NCBI GenBank assembly: GCA_947165365.1
Contig: CAMVAF010000005.1
Span: 1 to 63,431 of the forward strand
Source: an uncultured Clostridia bacterium
Lineage (GTDB): Bacteria > Bacillota_I > Bacilli_A > RF39 > UBA660
Direction of reading: 5' to 3'
DNA: 63,431 bases
Under the pieces are notes generated by a model. It saw only the letters and a list, made by a program, of their open reading frames with translations. It had not been told where the DNA came from and searched no databases. Within the stretch, counting starts at the first letter, position 1. Each line of letters starts with the position of its first letter. The position numbers and the translations under genes are program-made. Shown here in pieces: positions 1 through 9,907 of the stretch.

Positions 1-24
1 GAATAAATATCTTTGGAAATAAAT

Positions 25-726
25 TTAATTATTTTTATTATTATCTTTTAGTGATAATACTCTCACTCTAGGTTGTTCTCTATCACAAAAAAAATATTTT
101 ATAAAAAGTTCATTATCTAAATTACATAATAATTCTTTTAAGTCAATTTCACTCATTCCATTTAATAAAGATATCAATTCATTTTTATCTAAAGAATCAA
201 AATAGGAATGTTTCGCAATGTTAATATATTCTTTTTTTAATAATTTAAAAGATGCAGTATGTTCTAAATAACTATAATACTTTTGAAATATCAAATATAA
301 ATATTGTTTTTTTATATCCATATTTTCGAAATTAAGATTTAACTCAATATCATTGCAATTAATTCCTTTAACGCTTTTATTGGTCCAATTAATTGCAAAT
401 TTTAAATCAATTTCTTGATTATCAAAACTTATATTTTTTATAACTTCATGATCACCTAGAATAAAATTAATTATTTCTTTTATTTCTTCAAAAGTAATTG
501 TATAAGAAGTTGTTGCACGTTCTTTAATACTTTCCTTAAAATTACAATTACCAAACATAAATATTATTTGTGATTCATTATTATCAATATTTATTTTAAT
601 ATCCAACTCAGGTGACTTTGCATTATCTAAAATTTCCAATCTATCCTCCATATATGGACAATATTTTAAAATTACATATTTAATATATGATATTAAATCT
701 TCACGATGTTTTATAATAATACTCAT
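25..726 (-). CDS. hypothetical protein, no recognisable domain
   Basis: Long ORF (track 25..738). GGAGG lies 5 nt upstream of the ATG at 726, favouring the MSIIIKHRED start. No motif recognised. Confidence 0.55.
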   Translation of the reverse strand: MSIIIKHREDLISYIKYVILKYCPYMEDRLEILDNAKSPELDIKINIDNNESQIIFMFGNCNFKESIKERATTSYTITFEEIKEIINFILGDHEVIKNISFDNQEIDLKFAINWTNKSVKGINCNDIELNLNFENMDIKKQYLYLIFQKYYSYLEHTASFKLLKKEYINIAKHSYFDSLDKNELISLLNGMSEIDLKELLCNLDNELFIKYFFCDREQPRVRVLSLKDNNKNN

Positions 727-796
727 GATTACCTCCATAAATATATAATTGTACTTTATTATATCATATTAATCTGTATTTTTAATATTTAATTTC

Positions 797-1090
797 TTAT
801 TTTCTTTTTTCTAATTCTTTTAGACTTCTATCTGGTGTTGGTAAATCTTCCGGCATAGTTCCACCTAATCTTTTAATACTATTTCTTACCTCCTTACCCA
901 CTTCAAAGTGAACAGAATTTGCAGTATATTCATTATCTACATTATCTCTCGTTTGAATAGCAAAATATGTTTGAGCTAGTGCTATTATTTCATTTTTAGG
1001 ATAACCATTCATTACAATTAAGTAACATGCATATCTAGATAGTTTATAATCCACAACATTTCTTGTCGCACCTTTTGCTAGGTTTATCAT
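797..1090 (-). pseudogene. DinD (DNA-damage-inducible protein D)-like remnant, N-terminally truncated and internally deleted
   Basis: The 97-aa ORF carries KLSRYACYL..AQTYFAIQTR and HFEVGKEVRNSIKRLGGTMPEDLPTP. I recall these as widely separated blocks of ~270-aa DinD proteins. The sequence between them and the N-terminal third are missing. Confidence 0.5.
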
Positions 1091-1134
1091 TTTGCGTTGT
1101 GCCGCAAAATGATCATCTATGTTATATCTACTTT

Positions 1135-3147
1135 CTATGGACTACAAGTTTCAATTTTCAATTTATTTTTATTTATTTTAAACAAAATACTACCATCTTG
1201 GTCTGTTCTATATATTTTTGATTTCTTTAAGTTATCCAATACTTCTTTATTTGGATGACCATATCTATTATTCTTACAAACACTAATTATGGAATATTTA
1301 GGATTTATCTCATTTATAAATTCAATACTTGAACTTGTCTTACTTCCATGATGCCCTACTTTTAATACATCTATATTGGGTAGATTATACTTATTTAGTA
1401 TTTCTTTTTCCGTAGTTATGGATGCATCTCCCATAAAAATAAATTTATAACCATTTAATTCTGTATAAATAACATTACTATTATCATTTTCATTATCATA
1501 TTCTTTCGTTTTTAGAAAATATAATTTATTCTTATCAATGTCTAGTTCTTTAATACAGGAATAATATTTTATTTTCTTTTTATTCAATACATTTATTAAT
1601 TCTTTTTCCAAATCATTATAAGGCCCACAATTAAAGATTACTTTATCTACTTTAAAATTATTTATTAAATTAATAGCAGAACCGATGTGGTCATAATCTC
1701 CGTGAGTACTAATAAGAGTATTTATTTTATTAAAACCTATAGAGTGCAAATAATCTATAATATTTTTAGAGTAATCTTTAAATCCACTACCAGTATCAAT
1801 TAAAGAGAGATAATTATTTTCCTTAAGTATTATGGCATCTCCCTGATTTACATCCAAAAATAATACAAAATCATTTAGGAAAATTTTATAAATAATTTTA
1901 AAAAGAATGATCATTATTATTGCTTTATAAAAAATATTTTTTGATGGATTAATAAACAAAAATAAATAATATAATATTACTAAACATAATGATGGTTTTG
2001 GAATTATTATATTTAAAAAAATAATATTACTCAAAAACAAAGATATATTTTCTACAATTGTAAATATTATTTCATAAAAACTTCCTAAAAAAGGAAACAG
2101 AAAAACAATAATAGATAAAGGATAAAGAAGAAAATGAAAAATAAAACTAAATATAAAAGAAATAACTATCCCTAGTAAATTAAATTTATAATTTAGACAA
2201 ATTGTAATAGGAAGAGAAAAAGTTATTGCAAGTAATGTTATTTTAAATAATTTTTTCAAATAATTTCCTTTAATAATTTTTTGATATAAACTAATTCCAT
2301 AACTAATAATAAATGAATATAAGAAACCTGCTTGATATATAAATTTAGGATTAATTATTAAAAATATAATTGCAACAATTATAATAACATTAGAATACCG
2401 ATATTTAATATGAAAAAATTTCAATATTCTTTTTAATATATAACATGACATACTTCGTAGTATGCCAATACTTTCTTTTAATAATAAAAAAAAGAAGGAG
2501 AAAACTAAACTAAGGGCTATTAAATGATATTTTTCTTTTAATCTAAACAAACTTTTTAAATAATCCAATATTTTAGTAATAAAGTATACTTGAATGCTTC
2601 CTATTGATAACAAGTATAAAAGATTATTATCAGTAAAACTTTTATTTAAATCATTATTAATCCATGTTTTATCACCTAAAATAAAAGCATAAAGATATTC
2701 ATTTTTAGGAAGATTATTTATTCTTTTAATAATTAATTTTCTTAATTCATAGAATAAATTATTATTTTTTTGATAAAGAGATATTTCTTCAATATTAATT
2801 AAATAATAAATATCTTTATTTTCTAAATATTTACGATAATTAAATAAATTAGGAATAACATTATTATCTGCTTGATAAAGATTTCCTTTAACTTTTACTA
2901 TATCTCCAATATCATATGGAAAATCTTTTTCATAATAACATAATAGTTTTTCCTTTCCCATAAATTCTATTTTCAGTTTCTTATCTTTATCATAAATATT
3001 ATTAATTTTTAAAAGAAAATTCTCTTCCTTATCATGATACTTACTTTTATTATTTAATGATATTCGAATAAAACTCATGATAATTACTAATAATAAAATA
3101 ATTTTTAAAATATAATCAGATAGTAAGATACTCTTTAATACTTTCAA
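1135..3147 (-). CDS. comEC: DNA internalization competence protein ComEC/Rec2
   Basis: 670 aa with a polytopic membrane core and C-terminal metallo-beta-lactamase motifs (HGDYDH, VGHHGS). Directly follows comEA. TTG start 8 nt after AGGAGA. Confidence 0.9.
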   Translation of the reverse strand: MKVLKSILLSDYILKIILLLVIIMSFIRISLNNKSKYHDKEENFLLKINNIYDKDKKLKIEFMGKEKLLCYYEKDFPYDIGDIVKVKGNLYQADNNVIPNLFNYRKYLENKDIYYLINIEEISLYQKNNNLFYELRKLIIKRINNLPKNEYLYAFILGDKTWINNDLNKSFTDNNLLYLLSIGSIQVYFITKILDYLKSLFRLKEKYHLIALSLVFSFFFLLLKESIGILRSMSCYILKRILKFFHIKYRYSNVIIIVAIIFLIINPKFIYQAGFLYSFIISYGISLYQKIIKGNYLKKLFKITLLAITFSLPITICLNYKFNLLGIVISFIFSFIFHFLLYPLSIIVFLFPFLGSFYEIIFTIVENISLFLSNIIFLNIIIPKPSLCLVILYYLFLFINPSKNIFYKAIIMIILFKIIYKIFLNDFVLFLDVNQGDAIILKENNYLSLIDTGSGFKDYSKNIIDYLHSIGFNKINTLISTHGDYDHIGSAINLINNFKVDKVIFNCGPYNDLEKELINVLNKKKIKYYSCIKELDIDKNKLYFLKTKEYDNENDNSNVIYTELNGYKFIFMGDASITTEKEILNKYNLPNIDVLKVGHHGSKTSSSIEFINEINPKYSIISVCKNNRYGHPNKEVLDNLKKSKIYRTDQDGSILFKINKNKLKIETCSP

Positions 3148-3781
3148 ACAAACTATCTCCTATTCCTTCAACATTTTTAATATCATCGATTGTTTTGAAT
3201 GGTGTATTATTACGATACTTAATAATATTTAAAGCTTTGCTTTCACCTATCCCTGGTATTGTTTCTAAATCTTCCTTAGATGCTTTATTTATATTAATTT
3301 TTTTATGATCATTATTTACTTCTGGTTGATTAATACAAGCATTATTTTTAACCTTTTGTTCACATAATTCTAATTTTTTCAAAAGTTCATTTTGCTCTTT
3401 AACATAATTTTCTACTTCACTTTTGGAGTAAATAACAATTGTCATTTCATCTTCTAATTTTTTAGAAAGATTCAAAAGAGAGGTATCAGCATCTTTTAAT
3501 AATCCACCTGATTTTAATATTAAATCATTTATTCTTGCATTATCACCTATTTTAAACGAATATACACCTGGTTTGGCAACATGTCCTTTAATATCAACAT
3601 ATATATCACCTTCATCATTGGAAATCGTAGTAGCACTAGTCACTTCTTCTTTTTCGATGACAATATTTTCATGATTTTTTTCATAAAAATAATAATATGC
3701 CAATAATAAAAAAACAATAATAATTATACAAAATATCATTAATTTTTTATGATTTAGAACTTTTAATTTATAATAATCCAT
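3116..3781 (-). CDS. comEA: competence protein ComEA, DNA receptor with helix-hairpin-helix
   Basis: N-terminal TM helix, SLBB-like middle part, and C-terminal HhH repeats (IPGIGESKALNI, VEGIGDSL). Sits upstream of comEC. Confidence 0.85.
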   Translation of the reverse strand: MDYYKLKVLNHKKLMIFCIIIIVFLLLAYYYFYEKNHENIVIEKEEVTSATTISNDEGDIYVDIKGHVAKPGVYSFKIGDNARINDLILKSGGLLKDADTSLLNLSKKLEDEMTIVIYSKSEVENYVKEQNELLKKLELCEQKVKNNACINQPEVNNDHKKININKASKEDLETIPGIGESKALNIIKYRNNTPFKTIDDIKNVEGIGDSLFESIKEYLTI

Positions 3782-3949
3782 ATAAATTAATTGCTAAACT
3801 ATTTATTTGGGGTAAAAATAAATAGTCTATTCCCTCCTTCTTATCAGCTGACAAAATAAATCATAAACTATAAAATAAAAAATATCAAATTTTCACTTTT
3901 TTACTAAGTAGAAATTTGAATCTTATTTTTTAATTTTTTAAATAAATAA

Positions 3950-3978
3950 ATAAAAAAAATGACTTTTTTGAGTCATTT
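3950..3978 (-). terminator. rho-independent terminator downstream of the yihY-like gene
   Basis: On the minus strand: AAATGACT-CAAAAA-AGTCATTT followed by a run of T. Confidence 0.6.
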
Positions 3979-4122
3979 ATATTCATAAAATATATTCAAA
4001 TTACCTTTTTAAATGCCAAAAATTTTTTTTGATTTATTTTCATATTAATTCAATATTTTGCTTAAATAAAATAACTAATTTCACCTATATAAAATATTAT
4101 ATTTCTCTTAGAAAAAAATTTT

Positions 4123-4935
4123 TTATTTTGACATAGTTTGACATCTTTCATAATAAGCACTATTGATTGCCATACCAAGAGTAAGAACAAATGATAAAAT
4201 ATACATCCAAAAAAACAAAATAACAACATTTGCAAAACTTCCATAAAATAAATTATAAGTGTTATATAAAGATAAATACCAAGAGTATATTCTTGTAACA
4301 ACAATCCATGAAATTGTCGTAAATAATGTACCATAATTATTATAGAAACTTGGAATTTTTTTATCAGGTGCTATAGTATATAATATTTTAATAATTAAAA
4401 AAATTAAAATAAAAGAAAGCGGTATTTTTAAATAATTATAAATATTATCAATATGATTAATTAATATTCCGGAAGTATTATTTTTAATTAAATTAATAAT
4501 AATGTCACCAAAGGCTGGAATAACAACCACAAAAATAATCAAAAATATTAAAAGAATTGTCATAACCATTGCTTTAATTTTTCTTTTTAAAAAATGATTA
4601 TTAGGAATTTTATAAATAACATTACTTGTAATAATTAAAGCATTAGCACCATCAGATGAAAAATATAGGGCAACAGCCACAAAAATAATAATACTACCAT
4701 ATGATTTTACATCAAGTAAAGCAACTAGTATTTGATAAACACCATCTGGCAAACTATTTTCTAAACCTTTAATTAAATCAATGCTAATAAAACTTGAGGT
4801 AATTAATCCAATTAAGGGAATAATCGAAAAAAAAGATAATATAATAAAAAAAGCAAGTTGTCCTGGTAGTATTTGCATATTATCATCACTAATTAACTTT
4901 ACTACTTTGGAAAATATTCCTCTTGCTTTTTTCAT
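4123..4935 (-). CDS. YihY/BrkB (ribonuclease BN-like) family membrane protein
   Basis: Polytopic membrane protein. The N-terminus ..DNMQILPGQLAFFIILSFFSIIPLI is typical of the YihY family. ATG at 4935 is preceded by AAGGTGAG. Confidence 0.8.
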   Translation of the reverse strand: MKKARGIFSKVVKLISDDNMQILPGQLAFFIILSFFSIIPLIGLITSSFISIDLIKGLENSLPDGVYQILVALLDVKSYGSIIIFVAVALYFSSDGANALIITSNVIYKIPNNHFLKRKIKAMVMTILLIFLIIFVVVIPAFGDIIINLIKNNTSGILINHIDNIYNYLKIPLSFILIFLIIKILYTIAPDKKIPSFYNNYGTLFTTISWIVVTRIYSWYLSLYNTYNLFYGSFANVVILFFWMYILSFVLTLGMAINSAYYERCQTMSK

Positions 4936-4948
4936 CGTCTCACCTTTT

Positions 4949-6973
4949 CTATTTATAACTTTCTTTGTCACTTTGCATTGCAATTGTAGCCTCATTCATT
5001 GCATCATCAATACTCTTAATATTATCTTGAATCATGCTATATCCAATAGCAGCTCCAAAACCATATGGCAATTCTTGAAGTGATTTTGATAACTTCTTAG
5101 TATATATATCAACCTGGTTTTCATTATAACCAACCATATATATTAAAAATTCATTTCCATCACTTCTTATTATTTCGGTATTTTCAAGTTGTGTATTAAC
5201 TAAAATACCAGCGGCTTTGACAATTAACATATCCCCTTTTTCACGACCATAATTATCATTAATATATTTTGTGTTATTTAAATCTATTACAACAATAGCT
5301 TGGGGATATACTTTATTTTGGTTCCATTTTTCAATATTGGCATTTAAGAAATTACGATTTTTAAGTGAGGTAAGTAAATCGGTATATCTTTTTCGATCAT
5401 CTCTTTTAAGAATCTTAATTTTTCTTTTATTTTTCAACAAAACATAAACTAATAAGAATATTATTAATGGAATCAAAATAATTGCCAAAACAATTAAATA
5501 TAATTCTTCAAATGTTACTCTTTCAAATAAACTCTTATTAAAACTTAGATAAGCTGCATTACGATAATTATAATATGAATTCGTATTTATAAAATAGTCA
5601 AATAAGTTGTAAAAATGTTCATTATCACTTTTTACCATGAAATTATAATCATTTTTCATTACATCGGTAAATAATACTTCATAATCTTTAAATTTACTAT
5701 TTTTATAATAAGAATATATTTCTTTATCAATAATAATCAAATGTTCTTTTGTTAAATCATTAACACTATTTTTTTCGGAAATATTGGCTTTGGTACTTGC
5801 TTTTAAATATTCTCCTAAAGAATTATTAGCAAGAATTGCAACATTCTTTCCTTTTAAACTTTCTAGATTATCAATAATCATCTCATCATCATTTCCAAGA
5901 ACTACATAATTCTCAATAAATGGAGATTTTGTTTTTAAATATTTACTATCTTCATAATTGAAATAGTTAAAATAGATATCAACCTCTCCTTTATTAATAG
6001 CTTCACGTAACTCATTAACAGTATTATATTTTTGATAATTAATATCTATATCTGTAAGTCTAATAATTCTTTTTAAGTATTCAATAGCTACACCTTCCAT
6101 TTTACCAGCTATACTAAATTCATATGGATAATTTTCAACATATCCATATACGTATGTTTTACTAAGAAGATCCGCTCTAGTTTTATCATTGATATTTCGC
6201 ATTGACATATAATAATCAAGATACGTATTATTATAATCTGTAACAAAATCATTTTCATACCAATAATTATAAGTTTTCGTGATAATACTATTTAATGCCT
6301 GGTTATTACTATCAAGTGTAAGAACAATATTAAGAGCAATATTATTAAAGAAATAATTTACATAATTGTCCCCTTTAATAGTTCTATCAAGATTCATCAT
6401 ATGAGGAATAATAACCATATTAATTTCCCCATCATCCATCCCTTTAAAGAGACTATCTATATCACTATATGCTTTATACTTAACATTTTCAACATTTTCA
6501 AAATAATAATTTATATTGCTACTATCTTTTTCTAAAATACCTATTGTTTGCCCTTTTAAATCCTTAATAGAATTAATTTTAATTTCATTTTTAGAAATAC
6601 TTACATAATAATCTTTAAAGAGCAATAACTGATTAGTTGATAATTTATTACTTGCATCAACTATTTCAACTTTATAATTAGCATTAAAGGCATTACTGTT
6701 ATTTATATATGGTATTTTATTAAATTCTAATTTGGTCTCATTAGTTAAAAAATTTAAAAAATCAAAAATAACTCCACTTCCATTATTAGCATAAACTGGA
6801 ATATCATTAACAACAGCTATATCAATTACTTTACCACCATTATCGCTAATCCATTTTTTATCTTCAGAATTTAAAATATTCTTATCATTATAATTTATTA
6901 TTAAATATAAACCCACAAATACAATTAGGGCAATTCCTATTATTAATAGGAAAAATTTCTTTTTATTCTTCAT
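4949..6973 (-). CDS. membrane sensor with two periplasmic solute-binding-like repeats and a degenerate GGDEF domain
   Basis: N-terminal TM, ~480-aa extracytoplasmic part with two SBP-type-3-like halves, a second TM, and a C-terminal GGDEF fold (DLNNTKYINDNYGREKGD ... RSDGNEF ... AIGYS ... EATIAMQSDKE). Confidence 0.75.
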   Translation of the reverse strand: MKNKKKFFLLIIGIALIVFVGLYLIINYNDKNILNSEDKKWISDNGGKVIDIAVVNDIPVYANNGSGVIFDFLNFLTNETKLEFNKIPYINNSNAFNANYKVEIVDASNKLSTNQLLLFKDYYVSISKNEIKINSIKDLKGQTIGILEKDSSNINYYFENVENVKYKAYSDIDSLFKGMDDGEINMVIIPHMMNLDRTIKGDNYVNYFFNNIALNIVLTLDSNNQALNSIITKTYNYWYENDFVTDYNNTYLDYYMSMRNINDKTRADLLSKTYVYGYVENYPYEFSIAGKMEGVAIEYLKRIIRLTDIDINYQKYNTVNELREAINKGEVDIYFNYFNYEDSKYLKTKSPFIENYVVLGNDDEMIIDNLESLKGKNVAILANNSLGEYLKASTKANISEKNSVNDLTKEHLIIIDKEIYSYYKNSKFKDYEVLFTDVMKNDYNFMVKSDNEHFYNLFDYFINTNSYYNYRNAAYLSFNKSLFERVTFEELYLIVLAIILIPLIIFLLVYVLLKNKRKIKILKRDDRKRYTDLLTSLKNRNFLNANIEKWNQNKVYPQAIVVIDLNNTKYINDNYGREKGDMLIVKAAGILVNTQLENTEIIRSDGNEFLIYMVGYNENQVDIYTKKLSKSLQELPYGFGAAIGYSMIQDNIKSIDDAMNEATIAMQSDKESYK

Positions 6974-7451
6974 TTTTATCACTCTTTGCTATTTCACGAT
7001 CCTTTGTCCAACTAACTGTTTTTGCAAGAGGATCTTTAAATCCCATAATAGGAAAATTATTTAAACTCTCATCATCTTTACTAATATAAATTTGAATCGA
7101 ATAAAAACTTAGTAAATCTTCGTCAAATAAAGTAATCAATTTATTCCCAATTTCCTTAGCAGCTTTTACCTCTGTCTTATTATCAACTGTAATAAAATAA
7201 TTCAATACTTTACCTTGAAGTCGATGAGATGATTTTATAACGTTTTTATCATTATCTAAACTTTCATCTATTTTATCATAAACCTCTTTTGATATTGGAT
7301 GCTTCTCAATTCCTTTTAATCTATCACCATATGTTGCTTTACCTTCATCTGGTACTAAAATATCCTTAACCTTGATGGTTAAAAATCCTAATAATATAAA
7401 TATTAGTAATAAAACTAATGTATAACGATGTTTTTTTATAAATCTTTTCAT
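6963..7451 (-). CDS. membrane-anchored hypothetical protein
   Basis: ATG at 7451 follows GGAGGAAAA. Single N-terminal TM (LVLLLIFILLGFLTI). Overlaps the downstream GGDEF gene start. Confidence 0.65.
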   Translation of the reverse strand: MKRFIKKHRYTLVLLLIFILLGFLTIKVKDILVPDEGKATYGDRLKGIEKHPISKEVYDKIDESLDNDKNVIKSSHRLQGKVLNYFITVDNKTEVKAAKEIGNKLITLFDEDLLSFYSIQIYISKDDESLNNFPIMGFKDPLAKTVSWTKDREIAKSDKNEE

Positions 7452-7536
7452 TTTTCCTCCATGAACTATATTACCATTATACATTATATGTTCAAATTAA
7501 TCAATTTCATTTATAAAAAAAATAATTTTTTTCTAA

Positions 7537-7941
7537 TTACTTGTCATAATATATTTCACCAAATTCTATATAATTATCTAAATTTTCAATATTTTCTATA
7601 TCTAAATAAAAATTATTATTATGATATTTAACATTTTCTATATTTAAAAAATAATATTCATTCATTACTAAATAAAATTTCGTATTGTGATGTAATATAA
7701 CTTTTAAATCAATATAATCAGAATTATCACTATATATTTTATTAATTTCTAAAATACATCCATATTTCTTATTTTCGTAAATGTCTACTTTAAAATAACC
7801 AAATAAATCCAACTTATAATTTTTTATTAAATTAATAAATATCTCTTTTATTTCATGATGTAATTTATCTTTATTATCATATTCTAAAAAATGCTTATAT
7901 AAATATATTATTATTAAATCACTTTGATATTTTATTTTCAT
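7537..7941 (-). CDS. hypothetical protein
   Basis: ORF in the track; second gene of a two-gene cassette; no confident motif. Confidence 0.55.
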   Translation of the reverse strand: MKIKYQSDLIIIYLYKHFLEYDNKDKLHHEIKEIFINLIKNYKLDLFGYFKVDIYENKKYGCILEINKIYSDNSDYIDLKVILHHNTKFYLVMNEYYFLNIENVKYHNNNFYLDIENIENLDNYIEFGEIYYDK

Positions 7942-7990
7942 ACTACTCAAAATATTTTATGAAATAAAGCAAAAAAGTAAACAATTAAGT

Positions 7991-8407
7991 TTACTTTTGT
8001 AACATATTTAATAAATTAATTTTGAACATATCTTTTTCAGGATTATCTTTACTTATCATAACACCCTTATAAGCTTTAAGTTCTGTACGATGTCCTTCTT
8101 CTAAAATATTATCATCACAAGTAATATTAGTTAATAAAATAACTTTTTTATCTTGATATACAGAATAATGAAGAACTACTTCACCATGAACTTTAACAAA
8201 CATATCATCAGTAGGAAGTACTAAATCATATGATTTAACACCATCTTTATCACTTACAAGTTTACCTAGAAATTCTCCATTTTTAATACTAGGATAATAA
8301 TCAAAAGTAAGTTTTTTGTAGGCAAGCATATTATACTTTCTAACTGACCTTTCTATTTTTCTAAATTCATTTTCATTTTGATATTCAAAAATATAACTTT
8401 CTCTCAT
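7991..8407 (-). CDS. hypothetical protein
   Basis: ATG at 8407 is preceded by GAGGGGTGG. A consensus promoter lies upstream. No confident motif. Confidence 0.6.
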   Translation of the reverse strand: MRESYIFEYQNENEFRKIERSVRKYNMLAYKKLTFDYYPSIKNGEFLGKLVSDKDGVKSYDLVLPTDDMFVKVHGEVVLHYSVYQDKKVILLTNITCDDNILEEGHRTELKAYKGVMISKDNPEKDMFKINLLNMLQK

Positions 8408-8453
8408 CAAAACCACCCCTCTTGGATACCCTTTCTATCCATTTCTTGTACAT

Positions 8454-8482
8454 ATTATAACACACTTTACATAATTTGTCAA
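8454..8482 (-). promoter_or_regulatory. sigma-A type promoter, perfect consensus
   Basis: On the minus strand: TTGACA, a 17-nt spacer, then TATAAT, ~45 nt upstream of the ATG at 8407. Confidence 0.7.
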
Positions 8483-8536
8483 ATATTTTTTTATTTTTTT
8501 GATATATAGTAACAAAAGTTATATTTTATTATTTAC

Positions 8537-9907
8537 TTATTTTGACATTTTTTCTTTTTCAAGTATCTTTAAAGCTGCTTTTTTACCAGCTTCCATAGCC
8601 AAAATAACAGTTGCAGATCCCGTTACAGCATCACCACCTGCATAAACATTATTTATATTTGTAGCATAATCTTCGGTAATAATCAATCCTCTATCATCTA
8701 TTATAATACCACTATTATTTAAAACAGATTTATTAGGATTTGTGCCTAGTGCCATAACAACCATATCGCATTTAATAGTATTTTTACTTTCTTCTTCGGG
8801 AACAATTTTCTTTTTTCCATCTGTTTCTTCCTCTAAAACCTTCATATTTACTGTTTCCATACCAATAACATGATTATTTTCATCTTTTAAAATTTTGGTA
8901 GGGTTTTCAAGAAAATGAAAAATTATTCCTTCTTCCTTAGCGTGAATTACTTCCATTTTTCTAGTAGGGAGACTTTTCTCATCTCTTCGATACATTAAAT
9001 GAGCTTCCATCCCTAGTCTTTTAACGGTACGAACAGCATCCATAGCAACATTACCACCACCAATAATATAACAAATATTTCCACATTTTATTGGAGTTGT
9101 GGCATCATTTTTATAACCTTCCATTAAATTAACTCTAGTTAGTATTTCATTAGCAGAAAAAACTTCATTAGCATCTTCTCCATCTATTCCCATAAATTTA
9201 GGAAGACCTGCTCCTGTTCCAATAAAAATATAATCATATTCTTTTTTTAATTCATTAATGGAGATAGTGTTACCAACCAAAGTATCAGTTATAATATTAA
9301 CACCAATTTTCTTTAATTTTTCTACTTCTTTTTGAACTATCCTTTTAGGAAGACGAAACTCTGGAATACCATAAGTTAAAACTCCTCCTAATTTATGTAA
9401 TATTTCATATATTGTTACAGAAAAACCATTACTTCTTAATGTATAAGCACAGGAAAGTCCTCCAGGACCTGATCCAATAATAGCAACTTTCTTTCCATTT
9501 TCTTTAATGTCATTATTTAATATTATATTATTTTCATTGGCATAATCTGCCACATATCTTTCAAGGGAACCAATGGCAATAGCATCACCTTTAAGGCCTT
9601 TAATACACATCTTTTCACATTGTTTTTCTTGAGGGCAAACTCTTCCACAAACAGCTGGTAAATTACTGGATTCTGATATTATTTCATAAGCTTTATGTAA
9701 ATCATTATTTCTTATTGCCTCAATAAATTTTGGTATCATAATACCAACTGGGCAACCTTTGACACAACGTGGATTATTACAATTTAAGCATCTTTCTGCT
9801 TCTTTTTTAGCTTCAAGATCACTATATCCAAGTTCTACTTCTTCAAATGTTTTATTTCTAATATCAGAGGGTATTGTCCTCATAATCGTTTTTTTATCTT
9901 CCATCAT
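8537..9907 (-). CDS. NADPH-dependent glutamate synthase small-chain-like oxidoreductase (NfnB/SudA type)
   Basis: N-terminal double Cys clusters (CLNCNNPRCVKGCP, CGRVCPQEKQCEKMC) and two Rossmann motifs (IIGSGPGGLSCA, IIGGGNVAMD). Paired with the PyrK-like subunit. Confidence 0.85.
   Translation of the reverse strand: MMEDKKTIMRTIPSDIRNKTFEEVELGYSDLEAKKEAERCLNCNNPRCVKGCPVGIMIPKFIEAIRNNDLHKAYEIISESSNLPAVCGRVCPQEKQCEKMCIKGLKGDAIAIGSLERYVADYANENNIILNNDIKENGKKVAIIGSGPGGLSCAYTLRSNGFSVTIYEILHKLGGVLTYGIPEFRLPKRIVQKEVEKLKKIGVNIITDTLVGNTISINELKKEYDYIFIGTGAGLPKFMGIDGEDANEVFSANEILTRVNLMEGYKNDATTPIKCGNICYIIGGGNVAMDAVRTVKRLGMEAHLMYRRDEKSLPTRKMEVIHAKEEGIIFHFLENPTKILKDENNHVIGMETVNMKVLEEETDGKKKIVPEEESKNTIKCDMVVMALGTNPNKSVLNNSGIIIDDRGLIITEDYATNINNVYAGGDAVTGSATVILAMEAGKKAALKILEKEKMSK

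Noticed and set aside
3798-3838. A 10-bp hairpin (CTATTTATTT-N7-AAATAAATAG) and a strong AAGGAGGG located 50 nt upstream of the comEA ATG; possible leader or regulatory device.
   Set aside because: The stem is pure A/T and could arise by chance in this composition. No in-frame upstream start links the SD to comEA. Evidence is insufficient.
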